From an uncultured Phycisphaerales bacterium (GTDB taxonomy: Bacteria; Planctomycetota; Phycisphaerae; Tepidisphaerales; Tepidisphaeraceae), in the NCBI GenBank assembly GCA_963758525.1, contig CAVWVQ010000005.1, forward strand, positions 288,001 through 352,000: a stretch of DNA of 64,000 nucleotides, given 5' to 3'. Position 1 is the stretch's first letter, and every line of letters begins with the position of its first letter. Under the pieces are notes generated by a model. It saw nothing but the letters and a program-made list of their open reading frames with translations, was not told the origin of the DNA and did not search any database. Positions 1 to 8,407 of this stretch are shown here, one piece after another. The position numbers and the translations under genes were made by a program.

Positions 1-379
1 TTGACATCCTTTGGCGGTTGGACCTGGCCATAAAGCACGCTGAAGCCATGACAGAAGCAGAGGGTCTGGCCGTGCGCAGGTGAGGGGCGATGTCACGCTT
101 GTACACGGCCGGCTGCACCGGATCGGCCAGTTCGATCAGCAGCACGTCCGCCTTGAGCGTCGCGTCGGCGACGCTCATCACATCAAAGCCGTCAGCGGCG
201 GCGTGATCATGACTGGGGGATTCGCTCGCCGGCCGCGTGCCGATGATGACCCTGCATCCGCTGTCCCGGCAATTCGCCGCCTGGGCCTTTCCCTGGATTC
301 CATACCCGATGACGGCGAGGGTCTTGCCCTTCAGAATTGCTAAATCGACGTCGGCATCTCTGTAGATCTTTTCCATCAT
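1..379 (-). CDS. ilvC: Ketol-acid reductoisomerase-like protein, N-terminal part (runs off window edge; 1-nt frameshift near 70)
   Basis: Hand translation: MMEKIYRDADVDLAILKGKTLAVIGYGIQGKAQAANCRDSG...then after the shift GQTLCFCHGFSVLYGQVQPPKDV, matching the KARI N-terminal Rossmann domain and HGF motif. Not in the ORF track. Confidence 0.85.
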   Translation of the reverse strand, partial: MMEKIYRDADVDLAILKGKTLAVIGYGIQGKAQAANCRDSGCRVIIGTRPASESPSHDHAAADGFDVMSVADATLKADVLLIELADPVQPAVYKRDIAPHLRTARPSASVMASACFMARSNRQRMS

Positions 380-405
380 TGCCCTGTGTCTGGTGAGAGA
401 ATCGT

Positions 406-1146
406 TCAAAGTGAAATGTCGCGGTTCACGTTTTTGTAATAGATATACCGCGACGCGGTGGGGCCCGTCGCGTAGAAGGATTGAGGACAATACGGCCCCA
501 TCCAGATGAAGTCATCCGCCTCGACCTCCAGCCAGCGATCGTCCAGGAAGTAGAGGCCTTTGCCCTGAAGAAAATAGAGACCGTGCTCCATCACGTGGGT
601 TTCGACAATCGGCAGACCAAAACCGGGATCGAACGTGAAAATGTTGACCGCCAGATCGTAAGCCAGGTCATCGGGGATCAGCGTCTGCAACATCGAATGC
701 GGATTGTCGGCCCACACTTCCTTGCTGATCTGCGACTCCTGCCCGAATACCGCCTTGAACAGCCCGACGCCGGGCGCCGATTCGTATCGCTTGCGAAGAA
801 GCAGGAGGCTCAGAGCTTCGCCAGCGGTTATTTCGATGCCGCTTCCCGGTGGGATCAGTCCAAAGCTGCCGGGGGCAAGACCGCGGTCGGGCATCCGACC
901 CGTGCCGCTGAGGACATAGAAAAACGTCTCGGTATCCGGGTCGGCGGCGAACGAGCCGCCTTTCCCCGCCGGCAGCTCGAACAGATATTGAACGAACGCG
1001 GCGCCCAGGGGGGGCGAGGCCAGCACTTTCACCGCCGCGTCCGGCCAGCCTGGCAGACGGGACACGGGAAAGCCCTCCAGCGGCATGAGCGCATATCTCG
1101 AGCAGACTCGCGTTCGGCAATGAACCAGATCCTGCACCGCTCGCAT
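406..1146 (-). CDS. allE: (S)-ureidoglycine aminohydrolase (bicupin)
   Basis: ETHVMEHGLYFLQGKG, DFIWMGPYCPQ and C-terminal YIYYKNVNRD motifs of AllE/YlbA; next to adenine deaminase. Confidence 0.9.
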   Translation of the reverse strand: MRAVQDLVHCRTRVCSRYALMPLEGFPVSRLPGWPDAAVKVLASPPLGAAFVQYLFELPAGKGGSFAADPDTETFFYVLSGTGRMPDRGLAPGSFGLIPPGSGIEITAGEALSLLLLRKRYESAPGVGLFKAVFGQESQISKEVWADNPHSMLQTLIPDDLAYDLAVNIFTFDPGFGLPIVETHVMEHGLYFLQGKGLYFLDDRWLEVEADDFIWMGPYCPQSFYATGPTASRYIYYKNVNRDISL

Positions 1147-1161
1147 CGACTCCCTTTCTCG

Positions 1162-2873
1162 TCAGACAAATAAATCAACAAACTGAAACGCGTCGACATC
1201 GACCAATCCGCGATCCGTCAGTTTTAACGCCGGGATGACCTCAAGTGTCATAAAGCTCATGGCCATGAACGGATCCGCCAGCGGCGACCCCAGGTCGCGG
1301 GCGGCGTTGACCACGGCGGCATATCCCGCCGCGACTTCGGCGATCGGCCGGTCGCTCATCAGGCCGGCGATCGGCAGCGGCAGTATCGCAGCCACGTGCT
1401 CTCCGACCGCCACGGCCAATCCTCCTCCGACGTCTGCCACCGCCCGGGCGGCGCATTGCATTGACACGTCATCCGCGCCGATGACCACGAGATTGTGGTG
1501 ATCGTGCGCAAAACTTCCGGCGATAGCGCCGCGCCGCAGGCCAAATCCCTGGACGAATCCAGCCGAATTGTTGCCGGTGGCCCGGTGGCGCTCGATGACA
1601 ATCATCTTCAGCACATCCGCCGCGACGTCCGCGACAGCGTTGCCGGCAACGATTTTGGCGCGCATGACGCGCTGTTCGGTGAGCAATTGATCGGGAAGCG
1701 AACCGATCACCCGGATCCGCTCACCGGTTGCTGGCACGCTCCAGCGCACGCGTTCCCAGTCGACGCGACAACGGCCCCTGACGTGCGGACCTGGAACCGC
1801 CGGCCGCAATTGAGCGACGAGCTCCCCGGATTTCGCGACCAGCGCGCCTCGGCTGAACACCAGACGCGCCTGCACATTCTGCAAGTCATCGAAGACGAAC
1901 AGATCCGCGGCGCGGCCAGGCGCGACTGCGCCAGATGGCGAAGACCAAACAGTTCAGCCGTATTCAGCGTTCCCATTCGAATCGCATCGAGCGGATCGAT
2001 TCCGAAAGCGATCGCGCGGCGAACCATCTCGTCGACTGAGCCGACGGCGAGCAACTCATTGGGCGTGCGATCGTCGGTGCAGAAGCAGATGCGGCGGCTG
2101 TTGGATCGAGTCACCACCGGCAAGAGCGCCTCGAGATTGCGCGCGTTGGTCGCTTCGCGGATCATCAGGTAAAGCCCCCGGGCCAGCTTCTCGCGCGCTT
2201 CCTCGGCGCCCACCGATTCGTGATCGCTGCCGATGCCCGCGGCGATGTAGGCATTCAGCTGGTGGCCGGTCAGTCCGGGTCCATGCCCGTCGATCGGGCG
2301 GCCCTGCATGGCGGCGAGCTTTTCCCATACGTGAGCATCTCCGGCCAGGAGGCCTGGGACGTTCATCATTTCGGCCAAACCGTGTACGACCCCGCCGGTT
2401 CGAAAATCCCGGAGATGACTTGCGGTAATCTCTCCGCCGCTGCTGGCCAGTTCGGTGGCGGGCACGCAACTGGGCGCCATCAGCGTCACTCTCAGCGGCA
2501 ATTCAGCCGACGCCTCCGCCATGAATTGGACCCCGGCGGATCCCAGCACATTGGCGATCTCGTGCGGATCGGCAACGACGGCAGTGACGCCGCGGGGAAC
2601 CAGCGCCGCGGCAAATTGCGAGGGCACGCAGAGGCTGCTTTCGATATGCACATGAGCGTCGATCAAACCCGGCGCAACAAAGGAACCGCACAAGTCGATT
2701 TGGTGAACTCCCCGGTAGCCCTTCCCGACGCCCGCGATCACCCCATCGGCGATCGCAATGTCTGCCGATTCAATCTCGCCGTTGAAAACATTGATAATTC
2801 GTCCGCCAGTGAGGACCATGTCGGCGGGCACGTGGCCCAGAGCTGCAGCGATGTAGCGGGGGGGGTTAACCAT
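1162..2873 (-). CDS. ade: Adenine deaminase (1-nt frameshift near 1931)
   Basis: PGLIDAHVHIESS, DPHEIANV, LAEMMN, DGH, CTDD in the N-part (ORF 1707..3461); AHDHHNL, LPIAGLMS, EVIPALKLTDRGL in the C-part (ORF 1162..1884). Adding one G restores HLGAVAPGRAADL. Confidence 0.92.
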
Positions 2874-2945
2874 CAAAATTACGTCGCCAGTTGGCTCAAG
2901 AGACAAGGATATAGCAGAGTTGCACGTGAGAGAAATGAGACGATC

Positions 2946-3776
2946 ATGAATATTGCTGTTTTGGGTTTGGGAATCATCGGTAGTTCGTGGGCGAGAAACC
3001 TGATCGCCGATGGGCATGCAGTACGGGGCTGGAACCGGACGCCAAAGGACTTTCCCCACTACCATGCGTCCATCCAGGAGGCCGCGGATCAGGCGGAGAT
3101 CATCTTCATCGTCGTGGCTGACCCGCCGGCGGTTCAGTCCGTCCTCAATCAGATCCAGTCCAAACTCGGCCCAGGCCAACTGGTCATCCAATCCAGCACC
3201 ATCTCCGCCCATTGGACGCATCTGTTTGCCGAGCAGGTGCAGCGATCGGGCGCGTCGTTTTTGGAGGCGCCGTTTACGGGGAGCAAAGACGCGGCGGCAC
3301 AGCGCAAGACGGTTTTTTACCTGGGCGGCTCCCCGGAAGTTGTCGATCGGGCACGCCCGGTTCTCCAACCCCTGTCGACCGCCATTCTGCACATCGGGCC
3401 ACTCGGGTCCGCGTCCTCGCTGAAGCTGGCCATGAACCTCAACGTGGCGGGGGTTGCCCAAACCCTGTGCGAAAGCATCATGTTGTGTCGCAAGGCCGGG
3501 ATTTCAGACGACATTTTTTTCAACGCACTGGCTCGCAATGTCGCGCACTCGGGTTTGGCAGACCTGAAGAAACCGAAGTTGCTCCAGCACGATTACAGTC
3601 CGCAGTTTTCGCTGAAGCACATGGACAAGGATCTGCGGCTGGCGCTGGAAACCGCCGCCGATCTCGGCCTGAGCCTTGAAAAAACCGCCCAACTGAAGAA
3701 CCTCTACGCGCAGGGAATGGCTGCGGGTTGGGGGGACGATGATTTCATCGGACTGGTGCGACTTCTGGAAAAATGA
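2946..3776 (+). CDS. NAD(P)-dependent beta-hydroxyacid dehydrogenase (3-hydroxyisobutyrate DH / tartronate semialdehyde reductase family)
   Basis: MNIAVLGLGIIG Rossmann start, WNRT, FLEAPFTGS, KLAMN, FSLKHMDKDLRLA. ATG at 2946; the upstream extension in the ORF track is antisense to ade. Confidence 0.88.
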   Translation: MNIAVLGLGIIGSSWARNLIADGHAVRGWNRTPKDFPHYHASIQEAADQAEIIFIVVADPPAVQSVLNQIQSKLGPGQLVIQSSTISAHWTHLFAEQVQRSGASFLEAPFTGSKDAAAQRKTVFYLGGSPEVVDRARPVLQPLSTAILHIGPLGSASSLKLAMNLNVAGVAQTLCESIMLCRKAGISDDIFFNALARNVAHSGLADLKKPKLLQHDYSPQFSLKHMDKDLRLALETAADLGLSLEKTAQLKNLYAQGMAAGWGDDDFIGLVRLLEK

Positions 3777-3831
3777 GCGGCGAATGCAAGCACGCGTGAA
3801 GTGCGCTGCCGGCCCAGTGATGCCAGAACTG

Positions 3832-4290
3832 TTACGGGCCATCCCGAATTTCGGGTTCGACCAGACGCGCCAGCTGCGAGAGCGACTCCTGCCAGCCGAG
3901 GTAGCAGAATTCGACCGGGATCACTGCCGGCAACCCGGCCTGCACGATTTCCAGCTCGGTCCCGCAAGCCACTGCCCGCAGGGTAATCGTTACCTGCATC
4001 TCGCCCGGCATCGCCGGGTCCTCGAAATGATCCGTGTATCGGATACGCTGATGTGGCGTGAGCTCCGTGTACGTGCCCCCGAACGAATGGCCCTTGCCCG
4101 TGCCGAAGTTCGTAAACGACATCCGGTATCGGCCGCCCACCCGTGCGTCCATCTGCTGGACCTTACCAGTGAAGCCGTGCGGAGGAAGCCACTTAACCAT
4201 CGCTTCGGCATCGAGGAACGCTCGATAGACGCGTTCCGCCGGGGCGCGGATCACCCGGTGAAGTCGAACGGTGTTTTCAGGCGAGGGCAT
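3832..4290 (-). CDS. SRPBCC (Aha1-like) family protein
   Basis: RLHRVIRAPAERVYRAFLD...WLPP...GWQESLSQLARLVE pattern. Confidence 0.88.
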   Translation of the reverse strand: MPSPENTVRLHRVIRAPAERVYRAFLDAEAMVKWLPPHGFTGKVQQMDARVGGRYRMSFTNFGTGKGHSFGGTYTELTPHQRIRYTDHFEDPAMPGEMQVTITLRAVACGTELEIVQAGLPAVIPVEFCYLGWQESLSQLARLVEPEIRDGP

Positions 4291-5478
4291 GGGAATAAAC
4301 CTCCGGTTGCAACCGGCTTGAATCTATTCGATCGCACGTCATTCGCCAAAGGTTAGCCAACGACGCGACGCGGCGCCCTCCCGGCGGCACCTGGCGGGGG
4401 ATTCTCCATTCGTTCATCCGGTTTCATGCGTCCCGCCGTGGCAGCCCCAAGGAGGCGTCAGTGGCGGGCCAAGGTAACTCTTACCCATCTTGCCAGCAGG
4501 GAGCGGCGCGAAATTGGAAAGACTTTTACGCAATCGTCTGTTTGGGGTAAATAGAGAACGATCTGCGAGGCGGGAGGGGCGCAGAGACTAATCAAACCCC
4601 GTCCTCCTGCCCAAAAAACGCGCGAAATCGGCAAAAAATGCATACTTTGGAATGGTTAAGTAAGGAAAAAATATCTCCCTTTTGCGGGGAATTGACTTGC
4701 CACGACTTCGATCTCCACTACTATGCGTCCGACAATTTAGAAGGGCGCTTTGGTACTGGGTAGGTGAGCAACGGCGAAAGTCGTTGTATGAAGCGAGTTC
4801 AAACGGAATGCTGGCACCGTAGATTCGACTGCTGGCTTTGGTTTGAAACTTGCTTTCCAGATCGATAGCGCACACAGGGGCGAAGTTGCACTTCGTGCGG
4901 CTCCTGTACTGGTGAACGAGAGTATTTGTGCGATCGGGCCTCTGCGCTCGACTGTTGGATTCCTCGCGACGCTTTTTCGACTGTGGCGTTTGCGAAGAAT
5001 GTTCGCAAAGGCTCCCGAGGTGGAAGCCGTCAGCGAGTCCGGTCTGGGTCGAGTGATCCTCGGCTCCCAACGCAAGCGGGCGTGACGAACGCTGCTGCGG
5101 GTCAGACCGGGCGGTGCACCGACGGGGACGGAGTCTGCGCCAAAATCAAATCGAAAAGCCTTGTGCTTTGCTGGAAAACCAATCTTCTTCATAGTTCCCC
5201 GAGGTCGCGATCGTGTTTGACGGGATTGCTGATCTGTATGTCAATGTGTCAATTTCGGCGGCTCTTGCAACCATAGCAGAAAGGATGAAAACCTCATGCT
5301 CGGGGAGCTTTAGTGAGGTTTGCCGCCGTTCGGTCGCGAAAGCAACTGAAGCAGTCCCGCTTGCGTAGTCTTCGTGTTGAATGCGTCATTCAATACGCCT
5401 GTTTTTAGTCGTGGAATGTCTGTGTCTGGCCGCGGCCTCATGCAGGCAATTCACATTCACACTTGGAAGGTGGTCTCT

Positions 5479-5799
5479 ATGATTTACCGTAAACTACTTG
5501 TAAGTGCAGTAGTTGTGGCAAGTCTAGCCAGCCTTGGGTTCGGTTTGCCCAAGGCCTCAGCGTGCGGAAGCACGTCGTACAACCCGTTCTGCTGTCATCG
5601 GTGGTGTCAGCCCGTTTGCTGCCCCCCGCCGGTTTGCTATTACCCGCCTCCGGTGGTGATCATTATCGTGATCTACCCACCGCCGTGCTGCCCGCCTCGT
5701 TCGCCATGCACCCCGTGCTGGTCCCCGTGCCATCCGTGCTTCGGATTCGGCGGGGGCTGGGGCGGTTGGGGCGGCTTCGGCGGCTGCCGATTCGGGTAA
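5479..5799 (+). CDS. Small secreted Cys/Pro-rich protein with Gly/Trp/Phe-rich tail (106 aa)
   Basis: GGAAGG upstream of ATG 5479; Sec-type signal MIYRKLLVSAVVVASLASLGFGLPKASA; 14 Cys in the predicted mature part. Confidence 0.7.
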   Translation: MIYRKLLVSAVVVASLASLGFGLPKASACGSTSYNPFCCHRWCQPVCCPPPVCYYPPPVVIIIVIYPPPCCPPRSPCTPCWSPCHPCFGFGGGWGGWGGFGGCRFG

Positions 5800-6122
5800 T
5801 TTCCGTGTTCAGTTCCTGACGCAGTGTTGCTCTGCAACACGCGGCAAGTGTCGATCTGCAGTAGTCGGAAGTCTCTCCCCGCGTCTGACGCCACGTTCGG
5901 AGGGAGATGCGCCGTATCCTGAGGTTGCAATGATCTCGCGCGCCGGCCCCACTTCAGACGACATCGCTACTGAATGCAATTCGTCTTATTCGGCACGGGG
6001 GGAACTGTTCGGACGATCTCCGACTCAGTTCCCTCCGTGTTCGGACGAACGCTTCCCTTCATCGCTTGACTATCTGAACGCGCCGCAAACACGCGGTCGT
6101 TCGCCCAATCGGAATCCAAGTC

Positions 6123-8369
6123 ATGCTTTCAAAAATATCTGATTTGCGTGTAGAACGAGTCGAAGTCCCGGCGGCGGAAAGTGCCGCCTCTCACCACCGC
6201 GCACTGCTTCCCGTGCTGTGGCGCAGACGCTGGACGCTGCTTTTGGCTGTTGTCATTTGCCTGGCCATCGCGGGGCTGTATCTGCTGAAGGCGACGAGAA
6301 TCTATACCGCCCACTCCACGATCTATCTCGAGCGCCAGGGTGTTCGCATCATGAGCGACTCGCAGGCATTTGAAGCGAAGAGCGACTCATTTCTTTACAC
6401 CCAGGCCGATGTCTTCAAGGCTGAGCCCATTCTCAATGCGGCCCTGCAAGCCGTTGACTACAAACACATGAAGACGTTTGCAGGCATCGACAATGTCATT
6501 GCGTGGCTGCAATTGGACAAGGATTTTCACGTCGAAGTCGGCAAGAAAGAGGACATTGTCACCGTCTCCATGGATTCGCCGTATCCCGAGGAGGCAGCAC
6601 AGTTCGTCAACGCGGTCGTCGATTCTTATGTCACGTACCAGAGCAAACAAAAGCGAACCACTGCGGCGGAGATGCTGAAAATCCTTCAGAAGGAGAAGAA
6701 CGAGCGAGATCAGGAGCTCGATCAGCGACTCAAGGACATGCTTGACTTCAAGAAGGCCAACGGCGCTTTGTCGTTCCAGGACAATGACAAGGGCAACATC
6801 ATTCTCGAGCGTCTGGCGACGCTGTCAAACACCTTGACCGCCGCGGAATTGATCACGCTCGATCTCTCCACACAGAAAAAGCAAGCCCAGGCGATCCTCG
6901 CCGATCCCGAGATGGTCAAGGCGTACATCGAATCGCAACAGACCAAGGAGCAAAACGGCGATAAGGAGCTTCAGGGACTGCGCGATCAGGCACAGCAATT
7001 AAATGTTTTGCTGGCGACCACGGATCAGGTCATGGGCGCCAGGTCGCAACGTCGACAGATTTATGCCGCCGACATGAAGATGGTCCAGGCGCAGATCGCT
7101 GCCAAAGAGAGGCGGTTGGTGGAAGCGCACCTGCTCGAAGTATCGCAGGAGCTGGCCGCCGCGCAGGAGAAGGAGAAACAGTTGCGTCTGGCGTTTGCCG
7201 ACCAGCAGAAGGAGGCCCTGGATCTAAATGCAAAAGCGGCGGAATATCAGCGGCTGGACGCGGACGTGGATCGCACGCAGAAGCAGTGCGACTTGCTGGA
7301 CAGCAGAATCAAGGAAGTGAACGTCAATAGCGAGGATGCCGGCGCGCTCAACATTCAGGTTCTTGAGGCGGCCCGCACGGAGGACAAGCCGACGAAGCCG
7401 CGAGTCTCGATGACGCTGAGCGTCGCCATGCTTCTTGGCATGCTGCTGGGAACTGCCATGGCCCTGGTGTTGGATTGGCTGGATCAAACCCTCCGCAGTT
7501 CTGAAGACGTCTCCATGGCATTGGGTGTTCCGATGCTCGGATTGGTGCCGCACATGCGAGGGAAGCTGTCGCAAGCTGAGCGCGGCCAGGTCATCCACCA
7601 GAATAACAGCAGCGATGTCGCCGAGGCGTATCGCACCATCCGCACGGCCTTGCACTATGGAACGAGCAAGAACGTGAAAACGATCTTGCTCACCTCGCCG
7701 GCGCCGTCGGACGGCAAATCCACCTCCGCCAGCAACCTTGCCATTGCACTGGCGCAAACAGGGCATCGCACGCTGCTGCTGGACTCAGATCTCCGCAAGC
7801 CGGTGCAACACAAGATCTATAACCTTCATGACAAGGCCGGCATAAGCGATGTGCTCGGCGGGACGGCAAAGCTGCGCGACGTGATTTATCCATCGGGCAT
7901 CGCTCGCCTCTCGATCCTGCCGGTCGGGTCAATTCCGCGGAATCCATCGGAAATGATGACGAGCAATCGCTTCGCGCAGGTAATGGAATCGTTGATTGAG
8001 GGCTTCGATCGCATCGTGATCGACACGCCTCCGGTGATGAGCGTCGCGGATGCACGCATTCTCGCTTCGGCTGCGGACGCTTCGATCCTGGTCGTGCGCT
8101 GCAACAAGTCGAAACGCAAACTGAGCATGATGGCCTTGGAAGGATTGCAAAGCGTGGGGGCCAAGGTTGTCGGCGTGATCGTGAACGACATCCCTCGCGG
8201 CAGCCGCGAGTACGGGTACGGAAAATACGGCACGTATGGGGTATACGGTGCAAGCACCGGCCGCAACGAACAGCGGAAGCTGAGCATTCCTGTCGCCGCT
8301 TCCTCGCCGGAGCACGGGCCTGGCGCTGATCCGAGCGAACTGCCGGCCGATTCAATCGTTCTTCAGTAA
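6123..8369 (+). CDS. wzc: Polysaccharide co-polymerase / tyrosine autokinase (Wzc/GumC family)
   Basis: N-terminal TM after LWRRRW, coiled-coil periplasmic region, P..KP..PR second TM, AEAYRTIRT, Walker A DGKST, DSDLRKP, IDTPP, C-terminal Tyr cluster EYGYGKYGTYGVYG. Confidence 0.92.
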   Translation: MLSKISDLRVERVEVPAAESAASHHRALLPVLWRRRWTLLLAVVICLAIAGLYLLKATRIYTAHSTIYLERQGVRIMSDSQAFEAKSDSFLYTQADVFKAEPILNAALQAVDYKHMKTFAGIDNVIAWLQLDKDFHVEVGKKEDIVTVSMDSPYPEEAAQFVNAVVDSYVTYQSKQKRTTAAEMLKILQKEKNERDQELDQRLKDMLDFKKANGALSFQDNDKGNIILERLATLSNTLTAAELITLDLSTQKKQAQAILADPEMVKAYIESQQTKEQNGDKELQGLRDQAQQLNVLLATTDQVMGARSQRRQIYAADMKMVQAQIAAKERRLVEAHLLEVSQELAAAQEKEKQLRLAFADQQKEALDLNAKAAEYQRLDADVDRTQKQCDLLDSRIKEVNVNSEDAGALNIQVLEAARTEDKPTKPRVSMTLSVAMLLGMLLGTAMALVLDWLDQTLRSSEDVSMALGVPMLGLVPHMRGKLSQAERGQVIHQNNSSDVAEAYRTIRTALHYGTSKNVKTILLTSPAPSDGKSTSASNLAIALAQTGHRTLLLDSDLRKPVQHKIYNLHDKAGISDVLGGTAKLRDVIYPSGIARLSILPVGSIPRNPSEMMTSNRFAQVMESLIEGFDRIVIDTPPVMSVADARILASAADASILVVRCNKSKRKLSMMALEGLQSVGAKVVGVIVNDIPRGSREYGYGKYGTYGVYGASTGRNEQRKLSIPVAASSPEHGPGADPSELPADSIVLQ

Positions 8370-8407
8370 TTGGTTGATCGCTCAGGCATCTTTTCGTGCG
8401 TGAATCT

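Noticed and set aside
4692..4724. Sigma70-like promoter (TTGCCA-16-TACTAT)
   Set aside because: About 750 bp from the next plus-strand gene, and such matches are common in AT-richer gaps.
4737..5192. 151 aa minus-strand ORF with a GGGGA RBS-like site
   Set aside because: Ser/Arg-rich with no recognisable domain and several equally weak overlapping ORFs; cannot be supported, though not excluded.
5479..5799. RiPP precursor interpretation of the Cys-rich peptide
   Set aside because: It has a Sec-type signal rather than a leader peptide, and no modifying enzymes or dedicated transporter lie nearby.
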